Positions 50,611 to 62,562 of a stretch of DNA of 64,000 bases are shown here, piece by piece. Position 1 is the first letter of the stretch, and every line of letters begins with the position of its first letter. Source of the DNA: Lepidodermella squamata (Eukaryota; Animalia; Gastrotricha). The notes under the pieces are model-generated. The model saw only the letters and a list, made by a program, of their open reading frames with translations, was not told where the DNA came from and searched no databases. Location: assembly GCA_047495785.1 (NCBI GenBank), contig JBLDXI010000055.1, positions 1,488,001-1,552,000 of the forward strand. The letters run 5' to 3'. Position numbers and translations under genes: made by a program.

Positions 50611-51006
50611 GTCCACGCTGACCACAACTTGAGCTTTCAAGTTGATAATGCTTTGCGGATCTCTATCAGACATTACCCTTCACCTTTTTCAAAGACTTCC
50701 GCTAGTATATTTCCAGGTACTATGGCGAATCACGAGCCATTCGCTATCGATCGCCCAAATCATGGAGAGTAGAGATACCGAATTTTAATACCAGATCATC
50801 GGTCGTAAAATTCAAATACGGAAAGCGGGCTGCTGCGGAAAATGAAGCCATAGCGCTGAAAGTAGTTTAGGTGGCAGGTAGAGCATCCTTCAAATTATAA
50901 AATCGCTTTTTGATCGAACTCGAATCAAAAATACTTTTATTTTATTTAACTTATATAAATTTAAACATGTAAATCGACGTCAGAATCCTTCTGTGATTTA
51001 TGAACG

Positions 51007-51103
51007 TCTGGGATGACAAACGATGAGAGCTACGGTATTCGACAACAGGGAAGAAATCGCTGCCAATGCGATCAGCACATCCGCGATCGCCCGCCATTCG
51101 CTT
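51007..51103 (-). pseudogene. Relic M4-helix sequence downstream of the gene D stop codon
   Basis: Aligns to gene B M4 (44866-44963): EWRAIADVLIALAAISSLLSNTVALIVCHPR versus DWRTIADVLNALAAVSFLLSNTVALIVCHPR. Confidence 0.85.
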
Positions 51104-51193
51104 ATGATAATGAGCCGCTATTCTAATAACAATGACTAGATATTGGAATTCGTACTTATATATCATGCACAAAAGACTTACTTCGATGGTAGA

Positions 51194-52451
51194 TCAAATC
51201 AATGAATGAAGGGTCTTGGCAGCAGACAACAGAAACGCCAAGGCGCTTAGTGGCTTTTTAAAGAAATATGTTAATAGGTATACATGCCGGCATGAATTTT
51301 AAATATTCAAATGTCAAACTCACAGTGGTCACTGCAGTGTTTGAACTGACAGCTCTGACTTCTCTGATCGGCTCTAACTGATTAGCTCTCTTCAACTCTA
51401 AAAGAATATTTGCCAGATTGGAAATTTTTCATTAAACATGTACCAAACAAATTTACCTAAGTTGTATGTCAAATCGATATATGGAATCTTAGGGCAGCAT
51501 TCGTAGATAACTTCATTTCTGTTAGCAAAGTGACGTGTCACTGTCCACTGGGGATGTTCAGTGAAGGCTGACATGCTGAAGTCGTTTTTATCAGACGAAA
51601 AATTATATCGGATTTTAGCGCCCGATGCTGACCAACTACCGAATTTGAAGAAGCATTTCTATTAAAACGCATGGAGAAGTAACATTGAAAGTGTGTTTCA
51701 GGGGTTTCTGCACGAACCAGTGTGTCATTATTGCTACGTTCGCAGAGTACTTTGAAATTGCGAGGTGAAATAAGTGTAACTGCCCCGGTGTGTTGAATCG
51801 AAGCTCCTCGCTCATCTGCAAAATCATCCGTGTAAAGACCGTTGTAAAGCGTCGTGTCAGGGGACCTAAAAAGTCAGCGTCTGCTCTATTGATACCGTGT
51901 AAAATATTCATCACGAGTAAGCTTACCAAATATCTTTGATGGGCAGAACGAGTTCATCTATGCCAGCGTGTTCACTGGGCTTCCACGACAACATCGAATC
52001 ATTCCACGACTGAGTTTAAGAGCAATAATATTAAGTGAACTTATTGTTAAGATGACACGAACTTGATATAGCCAGCAGTAAATCGTTACTGCGGGTTGGA
52101 AGCTGTTGTCTACCTCAATAATCGATTGAAGAGTCACGTCAAAATTGACCGACACTGGCTGATTGCTATAAAATCCCACCATTATTATGAGGGATATACC
52201 CAAGTGCCGATTATTTCTTACGGGTCCATAGTAGGCCGGCCATACTTTCCCAAGCGCGAGTATTCGCTCATGAGAGCTTTGACGAGGACTTTCTCAGGCG
52301 GAGCCAAATCTGAACGGATATTGTAGACTAAGGTTTATCAAAAAAGTTTTGCTGTCTTACTTTGATTTGACGCAGCAGACTGACTGCCGATGCACTGGCT
52401 ACCAAGCAAGAAAACGAGAGGGAAATAGTATTGATAACAACGCCAAAACAT
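51194..52451 (-). CDS. Pore-less nAChR-derived ligand-binding protein (AChBP-like, gene D) with hydrophobic C-terminal tail
   Basis: Same 8-exon structure as gene C with an open frame; Cys-loop CERSNNDTLKC; loop C YECCPKIPY; C-terminus SSNTAVTTPLSALAFLLSAAKTLHSLI-stop. Confidence 0.8.
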
Positions 52452-55052
52452 TTTGAAATGTATGTTTTCTAAACATATAAAATTTTCCGTAAGATTCCGA
52501 GCTGACGAAGATATCTTGGAACTTGGAACATGGAAAAGTATATTTTTATTTGCGGTTTGCCTGACGCCTTGGCGTAGCAGAACGTCACAGAAATTACATT
52601 CAGTCAATCGAAATATACTAAACATCAGTCCTCTTCCCGCAGCTTTGCGGAATTTATACTGGATATGGTACGGGATCTATTTCGATTATCGCGCCCGGCC
52701 CCGCAATAATGCCTTAATTTGGCTGAGATTATCGTTGCCCGGACTATAAACGTGTAATATATACTCCTGAGTACAAGCTAAAAATAGCTAAAAAAAATTA
52801 AAAGGAAGCAAAAAGTGGCACGAACGCCCTATAAATTTGTGAGCCGCTCGTGCAGAGCTCCGTGCTGAGGTACCACGCTGCTGGTGCGAGAAACCGCTTA
52901 TATAGGCGCTGGTGGCGGCATTGCGAAGCATTGTGGCGGAGAATACAGCGCTGAGAGCGGAGAACGCCAATAGTAGCCGGCCGATTTGAATACATATCCG
53001 AATTCAACTGCGTAGCAGAATAACTGTCAGATACGCGTTCTAAGCGTTTAACACTAAGCTCGGTTTTTTTCTTGATCAATCGCTTCATTGCGCTCTCTCA
53101 TCGTTCAGGTTATCATATCAGAAAAGCACCGACGCAAGGAAAATAATTTGCTGCTGGTGTTCCAACCGCAAATCATTTGCCCATTTGCAATCATCTCGCA
53201 TATATCGTTAGCGGCGCGCCAAAACAACCACTTAGATGATTCATTCAATCGTACTTGAAGTCGCCGAACGTAATGATAAAGTACGATAGGCCATTTGAGC
53301 ACTGATTTTTTTCTACTCTCGATCGTACTATCCATATAAAATCTATAAATAGTAAAGTGGTAGTTTTGGCGCGCCGCTAACGATATGAGCATGTTGAGTG
53401 ATGGTTCTTCCTGTTTGCAAAATTCAGATATAAAAGCAATTCGGAACACGCAGCATGAAAAAGTCTTGAAAAAGTTCATCATAATTTCTGCTGCGTCACG
53501 CATCCTGAGCGGTGTGCAATGACGTATTGGTAAAGCTCTTAAGCTTGATTCGCTGATCTTGTGCGTTCAAAACGGGCTGCGGCAGCGCTTTCTTTCGCTA
53601 TAAGTGAATATTGCTGATAATAGGCCAAAATTCATGGAGTAAACTTTTCTAGTAGAAAGTAGATCTAGTAGATCATTTCGCTCATTTTTCGAACAAAAAT
53701 ATCGAATCTTTCATCATTTTCAATACACTTTGATTTTGGCTTGACTTAGGATCGACTAACGTTGGTCCTCCTCCGACACTCAGTATGGTTGGAGGAACAC
53801 CATCATCCTTCAGCCATACTGGGTACACCGGAGTGAATTTTATTTCGTTATGTGTACAGGTTTCTTTTTTGTCTTTTTGCTCTAAACGAAATAAAGAAGA
53901 TGTAATGTAATGTAATGTAGTAGATCTAGGTTTTCCCCATGGGGCATCTTGCAACGATCGCTCCCTCTCATTCCTTTTTGTCGCACGCTGTTTCCAACGC
54001 ATTTTCAACGAGGGAAGCACGTTAGCTTGATTTTTTTTCAGACAAATGGCCTTCCTATTTTATTGGCGGTAAAATCTTCCATAGGAGTAAACTTTTCCCG
54101 AATTGAATTTGAATGGAATGCTAGGCTATGAATACTGATGAGATTCGCATCTACAATATAGCCAATCACGGAACAGGCTTCGTGATCTTGGCGTGTTAAA
54201 TAATTAAAATTACAACTACTAGGTAAATGGTACATGTGACTTTAAATTATCATAGAACGACTATCGAGTAATAAGTAATTGCTAATGATTGACGTTATCG
54301 CATGCGAAACAAAACAACAATAAATTCGAGAAGAAAGCCGTCGGGAATATTTTTTAAACTTATATTATCAATAAACAAGAGTGATTTTAGCCTGGATATG
54401 TATAATTTAAAAGAAAGCACGCCGCAAAAAATGAGACTGATCCGAATGTTTCTCATGATCCTGCATCTTGGCTGGGCGAACGCCAAAGGTCATAGCTATA
54501 GATTTCCTTTTGCTCTTCAGAATTATGGACCATCCAACAATTCCTGGGTTCTTGCTCCTACGGCAATAGGCGCTGGTCTACTTAAGACAACTACTACTGC
54601 TCCTGCTGTGGCTGATGCCGAACACTTCAATCCGACTGAATATTTACTTTCGAAATGCCGCGTTGCACCTTACAACAATGCGCCGGAAGATCATTTAGGT
54701 ATCAAGACGCAACTAAACGTTCAACTAGAAGTCGATCGCTTTCTCAGGATTGATGACGTTGCTGAATCTTTTCAGTTCAATGGGGCAGTAGTTTACAGTT
54801 GGACAGTTAGTTGCGTAGCCAGAGTAGCTCGCTCTTCCGATTGGCCCCCAAACCTGACTTCAATGGCTAATATAGCGGATAGCGACAAATATTGGAAGCC
54901 GTCATTCGCTCATCAAAACTCGCTTACTGATGTCTTGATGAAGAACTCTTTCCAACTGTTCATGAACATTCTGCCCCAAGCTGGCGCTTTCATTGTGGTA
55001 TTAATCGGAAGTTTCAATTCTTACTGTGACATCGATTTGACAAAATTTCCAT

Positions 55053-56823
55053 CTTCCTCTTCCTTCTCCTATTCTTCCTATTCTTCCACTCTCTCTTCTT
55101 CCTTCTGTCTTCCTCCTAATCTCCCTTCTCTCTTCCTTAGGGCCGCGCTGGCCTCTGCGCGCGGCGCTCTTCCTTTTCTTCCTTTTATAGACGAATTCTT
55201 GCGTTTTGAGTCACTGACGCGAGCCAATCGCAATTCGACACATTTCAATTTGAAAATTATTAAGGCGCATTTTTTATTATATGTTTGCTGTTTGACGCAC
55301 ACATTTATTTTGTTGTAACACAAATAAAAGTGTGTGCTTTTTCGTGCCTTTTTTGCTAGGTCACTATGTCGGCAGAATCATAATAGTATTATGTCCATGG
55401 CATGAGTTCAAGTAGGGCACCAAAAGTATTATGTCCAGTAAAAAATCACACACTCACTCGCAAAATATAATGTTGACGTAAAAATCGCCAAACAAATATA
55501 TTCATACATGAGGAATCGCAAGCACAGCAGTGTAATGTTGATGCCAAGTGAAAAAATAACCAACATTGTTCACACTTGAAAATAAATAGCTTAAAAGTGG
55601 ATGCGCGCATGAGGAATCGAACCGCGACATATAACAAAAACTAACCAGAATACAAAAAACGCCGCAATATCCTATCTGCAACGCATGTCCAAATTCGGCG
55701 ATAACGATGCAGCATCGGTTCAAATGGCCGGTGCCATTCGATCCACCGTGACTGACCACCCATAGTTTTGCCTCGATGGCATATTTTACTAAAAAAATTT
55801 GAAAATAAAGCTGATTTTTCGATCTCAAAATGAGCCCTCGTGGACAATAGGACTATTGGCCGTACGCACGACGATTTAACAAGACAAAAGCGGCGTTTTC
55901 ATGGAACGGATTCGAGATTTTAATTGCGATTTCGGAAAATTTGATCAAATTTGAAATTAAATTAGCCCAAGGGTCGAAATAATATTACGGAATATCTTTT
56001 AGCGGAACCAAATTTACGGTGAGCGGAACCTAATTTGCTGTAGCGGAACCAAAGTCGAAATATGCCAAGAGTCATTTTTTCAATATTTCTACGAATTGTA
56101 GGCTAAGCGTGAATTCTGAATGGAACACTCCGTCTTATAGAGAAATTTGCGCTGCATTCACTGGTGAATTTTCTAGAATTATTGCGGCCAATTTTGACCT
56201 GCTATCAATATCTGAAAAGCGATTTCAGGCCAATAGAAAAGTCTAAAATTTGGTTCCGCTCACCGTAAATTTGGTTCCGCTAACAGGAGGACCCGAAATA
56301 ATATCGCATTAATTTGAGTGGGCTTTTAGTTTGCGAACTCCCCTCAATTCGGGCCCTGAGAGTACCTTAATTCAACGGTTTTCAAAATGTATCTGAACTC
56401 ATGCTCAAAAATCACGCTAATTGACTTACCAATGTTGGGGCCCAAGTCCGAATTCGGCCCGTACGCGCTCCGGCCGACCCGTACGCAGACAGGTAACATT
56501 GATTTGCCGCTCCGCGCTCGGGCCGCTTTAAAACATGCCCTTATCAAAGAGAAAAAACCCTATTAAACTTGTTTATTTATTAAAATTTTCTTTATCAGCT
56601 AAACCGAGAGACGGCCGATATTTTGACACTAAATTTGCCCGGTTACGACCACTTCTAAGATAGCTACCTTTGTAAATTTGGTATAATAAAATCGGCCGTC
56701 TCTTACTCTTTCGATGACCAAACGCTCGGCCATGGAACCGATAATCGAAGCGCTGGCGCCAGCGATTTATGTGATCGATCGATTTGTAATTAGTTCAGCT
56801 TTTTTACTCTATCTATATGGAGC
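55053..56823. mobile_element. Unclassified non-autonomous insertion (1771 bp) with 7-bp TSD TTTCCAT
   Basis: TTTCCAT at 55046-55052 and 56824-56830; CT-rich left end followed by a GC hairpin; internal 31-bp inverted repeat (56000-56030 / 56252-56282). Confidence 0.8.
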
Positions 56824-57565
56824 TTTCCATTCGATACTCAAACTTGTCACGTCAGTTTAGTTGTGCTATATCCAACCAAATCGGTGGTCATAAAAGAAAT
56901 TGGATTCATTTCGACCTTTGTCACCGACAATTTCATGGGCGCAAATGCAGATTGGTCGTTTCTAGGAAATCAAACGGAAATCGGTGAAATCAAGCTACCT
57001 CCAGTTGGAACTTTCGCAAGAGCAGTTTTTTCGTTCCAGTTCGCCCGTCGGCCTCAATACGTGTTGTTCAGCCTACTAGCTCCTAGTATTGTGCTCAATA
57101 TTTTGCTGCTAGGGATGTTTCTGATCCCAGGTGAAAATTAACATAATCGGTTTAACGATGCGTTATTCCTTTCTTTTATTGATGTTGTAGGGGAGTTTCC
57201 AGACAGGGCAACCTACGCTGTCACGCTGATGCTATCAATATTCGTTTTACAGGTATTCTAGCTTCAGTAAGATCTATTAAATCGGCTTTTTCCTGAATCT
57301 ATTATGTGCAGACTCAAATTCTATCGATCATTCCGAAGACCCCGCGAACAATTGTCGTAACCTATTACGCTTTCGCTCTAACTCTTTTCGCCATGGTGTG
57401 CACACTCTATGCTGGAGTGATCTGCACGTTCAAAAATGTATTTGAGAGCAGTGCTCGCCGAGAAGTCGAGGTTCGCCTTTGCTACTGCATTCGACGCCGC
57501 CTACAACTCGGCAATCTTGTTGATATTTGCGCATTCGTAGCTGCGCTCACCATTTATTTAATCAT

Positions 57566-58504
57566 GCACATTTCCCCATCCGCCGGTGTTTCCTCCACGC
57601 GCGCATTCCTATTGGTTGGTTAAATTTACGCGTAACCGCACGTCGCGCGCATTTATTGCGCAACAAATAATTGCAGCTTTCTACCCGCGCGCTGCAAAAT
57701 CACAAGAAAATCACAAGTCAGCTAGCCCGAACTGAACAAGTCCAGTATATCATGTGAAGCGCAAGCATCGAGAGTACATTTTTCAGTTAGTACCAAGTTT
57801 CAAAAATTGCAAATTTAAGAATATATGCGAGAAATAATGATGCCTTACAATCGACAGGGCGCTCAAAAAATATTTCCAAGCAAAATAAAATCACGCCACC
57901 ATGGTTCATCATGGTATTATGTCGCTTTTATGAAATCGCAATTGTTCTACATTTTTAGAAGCGCATGAGTTTTGATCATTCTAAAAATTCATTCTATTTA
58001 CATCCACTCCATATTATAAGCGGCTCCGGTTATGAGCGGCAACTTTTCAAACTTCAAACGCACAAACTTTCAATGGCAAAAAACATTTTTCAAGCAATTC
58101 GATGAAGCGCGAAAATAATCAAATTTGTATGGTCTCTAGCTATGTTTTGATGAAAATGATTCACCGCGCTTTGGCAATTTGTGAGGTAAAATTTGAATTT
58201 TGCGCGCGAACCATTTTCTATCTAATAGATAGGTAAATAAGATCAAAATACATGATATTCGAAATTTTGTCAATTTTTTCGACAACAAAATCTGCCTTAA
58301 TTAAAGCTTTTCTATTTTCTTGAAAGCATTCCGTCGTCTTCGTCTTGGAGGAATGACATCGAAATCAAAATCATTCCTCCAAGGTCTTTGTTCTCGTCCG
58401 TGCGCGCGCGCACGCAGGCTGTAATTATCTTACTTGTTGCGCAACAAGGCCCAGCCAATAGGAGCGCGCGCGCGGAGGAAACACCGGCGGATGGGGAAAT
58501 GTGC
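57566..58504. mobile_element. Mutator-like (MULE) non-autonomous element, 939 bp
   Basis: TIR GCACATTTCCCCATCCGCCGGTGTTTCCTCC at both ends (extending imperfectly to about 55 bp); 9-bp TSD TTTAATCAT at 57557-57565 and 58505-58513. Confidence 0.88.
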
Positions 58505-59095
58505 TTTAATCATCAATGTGATCACATTTTCAATACTATTGAAATAATACAGTAATTGAATGATGCAGTAATTGCAGTAATTATTCGTTCAAGAATTTGT
58601 CCAATGAATTCATGTCCAGATTTCTTTATTCCTCTGGAACATAGTGTCAAGCCCGATGGATATATTGCTGACATTGCGCCAATATATATTATTATACAGA
58701 GACCATTTTTCAGAATCCCTTTTTGCCATGAGAGAATTTTCTCCAAGTACAATAATACAACGTCCGGTTCTTGCTGAACTCGGAGCGTACCTCGAAAAAT
58801 TAAATACGCAGAATCAAAAGACAGATTTTGCACGCACTCTATATATTCAAATGGTGCAAGGAAAAATTAGTTTAAATTTTGTCGTAAATTGAAGATCAAA
58901 AATGAGCCTTTTATTTGTGAAATGAGTGTCGTGAGGTCGCAATTGAATGAAAGAAGCGTGGATGAAAAAAATTAACCCTGCAAACAGTCAAAATATGCTC
59001 CTACCTTGCTTATAAAAGCGACACGAACGAAGCGGAACGAAGCGGCAATAGCGTCTCAGTTATAAAACGACAAAACGTCAAAATCTGAAGCTATC

Positions 59096-60774
59096 ATGAT
59101 AGCATATCTAATTTTTCCAGCTGCATCAATCATCGTGTTATTTTGGATATATCGAAAATATGTTCGGCATCGCTTTTTCGAGAGGCTGGGAATACCAGGG
59201 CCTGCTCCTCATTGGCTGTATGGGAATGTAGCCGAACTTCTGGGCAGTAGAGATCAGATGAAAATACCAGAATGGACTAAGCAACATGGCAAAATGTACG
59301 GCTTTTACGAAGGAGCAATGCCAATTTTGGTGATCAGCAGCCCAGAATTGGTTGAACAAGTGACTGTCAAGGAGTTCTGGAATTTTCAGGGCCATCGAGC
59401 CGGCCCTCTCCAAGTATGCGCTTTTAAATTCTAATATAGCATAGAACCTCAATCTAATATTTACGGTTTAGCCTGACCCCGAAACTGATATGGGAACCAA
59501 GGACTCATTCTTCGCCGTTGATGTATTTTTCGCGTGGCGAGATCACTGGAAACGTCTGCGTAACAAACTCAGCTCGGCTTTCACGATGGCGAAGATAAAG
59601 AGCTACCAACCTCAAATGCAAAGCGGTCAGCATGAGCTACTTGAATTTCTCGAGAAAACCGAAGGATCCGAATTCAACATTCAAACGCTGTTTGCTCGAT
59701 TCACGATATCTGTAATCGCCGGAATGGCGTTCGGTCTCGACTTGAGCGGCTTGGTCGCCGGCAAAAGTAAGCAAGGCGAAAGGGTCCTGGACCTTGCGAT
59801 GGACATGTTTGCCTTCTTCCAAAACAAGCCAGCTCTCCTTCGATTGGCATACTACATAACGGAACTGACCAGGCCCTTAAAATGGCTGCTAGAATTCCAG
59901 ACCAAGCTTATTCCACTTGGCCCTATGGTCCCGTGGCTAAAGCTCCGAGAGCTGTGCAAAGAGGTCGTGAAATTTCGCAAGGAGAATCCACACCTGCGGC
60001 GAAACGACGTTTTGCAGTCTCTTCTTGATGATTCAGCCCTGAATCCTAACGCAAAAATTGAAGATGAACCTCTAACGGAAGATGAAGTCCTAATGCAAAG
60101 CATGGTCCTTCTCGTTGCTGGAACTGAAACAACATCAACATGCTTGAGTTTTACCAGCTATTTGCTAGCTTCGAATCAATCAGTTCAGGATAAACTATAC
60201 GCTGAAATCAGTTCAGCTTTTCCGCCGGGCAATATCGATAATATCGATGCTGAAAAATTATTTTCGCTGCCTTATCTGGATTGCGTCATCAAAGAGTCTT
60301 TGAGGTTATATCCTATCGCGTTTACTACAAATCGCTATGTCTTAGAGGACACCCAGATCGGCGGGGTTCCTTTGAAGAAACATTTTGGATTAGTTGTCGC
60401 TGACATCTATTCAATGCACCATGACCCCGAATACTGGGGCAAAGATGCGGAAAAGTTCATTCCGGAGCGTTTTTTACCCGAAAACTCGACCGACAGGCCT
60501 GGTGCTGCGTATATGCCATTCGGCTATGGGCCCCGAATTTGCGTCGGTAAGGCTTGTTGCTACAACTTCTTTTATTTAATGATTGAAAATTTTTGATAAT
60601 TTCGCAGGAATGCGGCTGGCCATGTATGAGCTGAAACTAACGCTGGTGAATGTTATCCGAAAGTTCCGGCTAGTCGAGCCAGAAGGCGGTTATCCGAAAG
60701 AAGGCCTTCCGATAGCTGTTGAATTAGTCCTGGCTCCCGCGAACGGAGTACCCATACGGGCTCTTAAAAGATGA
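59096..60774 (+). CDS. Cytochrome P450, clan 3 (CYP3A/CYP5-like), 3 exons
   Basis: N-terminal anchor, PGPAP, WKRLR, AGTETT, ESLR, PERF, haem motif FGYGPRICVG. Confidence 0.93.
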
Positions 60775-61470
60775 AAAGACTCGCTTTTCGATTTTTATGA
60801 CCGTGACCACCGTGACCTGTCCGGCAGGGTGTGTACACCGGAGTGATTTTTATTCTCAGCACGCCTTTTGTTGTTTTTCTACTGTTGTTTTTACTGTTCT
60901 TTTAATCTCAAAAGCGCTGAAGAATAAAGAAAATGTAATGTAATGAACTGCAAAATACTCGCAACCATGATCTAAACATGATCATAACATGATCAAAATC
61001 TGAGCCAAATCTGATTGAGAAGTGTGACTATAAGGCACCCTTGGCACCCTCCTTAAGAAGCTTTTTCAGTCATTCACTGTTTTGCTTTTCAACACGAAAC
61101 ACTGTCGAAATAATTAAAAATGATGCAGTACTTGCAGTATTTGGTCGCCCAAGAATTTTTTCAATGAATCATGAATTATCGTGTGCATTATTTCTACTGA
61201 TAAGATTACAAGAATACCTATCCTAAATGGCGAAAAGGAGTTCATAGTGCAAGCACTTCCCAAAAGTGCGACTTGGCGATAAAAAACGATATACGTGGCG
61301 GAGGCAGATAACGAGCAATGTATTGCTATTATGTTTGAACTTGGTATCTCGGGAAAAAAATAAATGCAGAATTGATAAAGAAAAGGTTCAGCCAATTTTT
61401 TCATATTCTCGACATTTCGTTATTTCTTAACCTAATTTCATAAGTTATATCCTCTCATTTTTATATATAG

Positions 61471-62562
61471 ATGATAAAAGTTGCCTGTTTACTTCTCTTT
61501 GCTGTTGGAGCCTTAGCTCATGGCAGCGGCAAGCACCATCCGCCTAAACACGGTGGTGGACATGGTGAGCCTCATGGCCCAAAACACCCCGAACCCTTAA
61601 AACCCATCGAACCGGCTACAATTGATCTACCCATTGGGAATGCGATCAAAAAGTTCTATCCATGGGCGCTCAATAATAAAGACCAGCGCATGGATGATGA
61701 CACCGCTCTTCTTCACGTTCATGGTAAATACGTCATCGGAAAGCACGCCGAGAAAGAGTTGTATCTGCACAATTCGGGTGCGATCTCCTTCGGGAAACAC
61801 GGCGCGTCAATTCCAAGGTCGGCTGAAGGTATTTGCGGCCCGAAGAATGAGTCATTCCGAGGCGTTGCTCCATTCTTGTCACTCGCGCAACCCGTTTCAG
61901 ACAGCACGGTATTTTTCCGTGAAAGCCAGGATTCTGACCTCCTTCGCAGGGCTGAGTCTGAAATCGTCACCGCTTATCCTATTTTCGAGGGTCTGAAATT
62001 GGAAAGTCTCTTTATTGCCACGTGGTATAAACTACGCCCAAGCAAAGATTCGGCTTGCAGCAATACTTTCCAGACGATTCTAGCCACAGACAACACGTTC
62101 ACTTTCGCCATTGTCAACTACGCTGACATGGAATGGCCAGGTGAGAGGGTCTGCACAGACACGCCAAAAGAGGTCCGAGTCGGCTACGACAATCGTGAAC
62201 ACGACCACGGGCGCCGCCACGAAGAGTCGCTATCTTGCCAGGCTAACGTAACTGAAGTCCGTAGAAATTCTAATGTCAACGTTCCAGGAACTTACATCTT
62301 CCGCCTGGACAACGCTGGTCTGAATTATCTTGATAATGTTTACTACTACGTCAAGGACTTGTGGAGTGTTTGGGTGTGGTCTAGCCTATTCCTGTCCTTC
62401 TCAGTCGGCATGTTGTTCAGCCTGTGCTGTGTTGCCTGCTGCTCGTGCTGCTGTGGCGGGAAAAGCAAGAAGAATAAGATGACACGAGCGAAACACTATC
62501 GCCGCTTCGATGTTCGCCCATCTCCGCCAATCTATTCTGTGTACCCTGATGATTTGATGTAG
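61471..62562 (+). CDS. NIDO-domain single-pass membrane protein, copy 1
   Basis: Signal peptide, His-rich leader, IATW...NTFQTILATD..TFAIVNY..W...SNVNVPGTYIFRLD, TM helix, Cys cluster, PPIY. Confidence 0.85.
   Translation: MIKVACLLLFAVGALAHGSGKHHPPKHGGGHGEPHGPKHPEPLKPIEPATIDLPIGNAIKKFYPWALNNKDQRMDDDTALLHVHGKYVIGKHAEKELYLHNSGAISFGKHGASIPRSAEGICGPKNESFRGVAPFLSLAQPVSDSTVFFRESQDSDLLRRAESEIVTAYPIFEGLKLESLFIATWYKLRPSKDSACSNTFQTILATDNTFTFAIVNYADMEWPGERVCTDTPKEVRVGYDNREHDHGRRHEESLSCQANVTEVRRNSNVNVPGTYIFRLDNAGLNYLDNVYYYVKDLWSVWVWSSLFLSFSVGMLFSLCCVACCSCCCGGKSKKNKMTRAKHYRRFDVRPSPPIYSVYPDDLM

Larger units (their letters stand above)
54431..58547 (+). pseudogene. Cys-loop ligand-gated ion channel subunit (gene E, non-alpha) disrupted by two transposon insertions
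   Basis: Removing 55053-56830 restores CDIDLTKFP|FDTQTC. Then FARRPQY M1, PDRATYAVTLMLS M2 and M3. Removing 57566-58513 restores M4 ...TIYLIINVITFSILLK-stop (TAA 58545-58547). Confidence 0.85.

Noticed and set aside
48518-52451. Reading genes C and D as ordinary truncated pseudogenes
   Set aside because: Both keep open frames, all splice sites and ligand residues despite mutual divergence, and share coherent in-frame changes. Not formally excluded without expression data.
50088-53503. Minus-strand ORFs upstream of genes C and D (50088-50480, 52798-53088, 53105-53503)
   Set aside because: Largely paralogous upstream DNA of the C/D duplication; the frames are not conserved between copies and show no domain signature.
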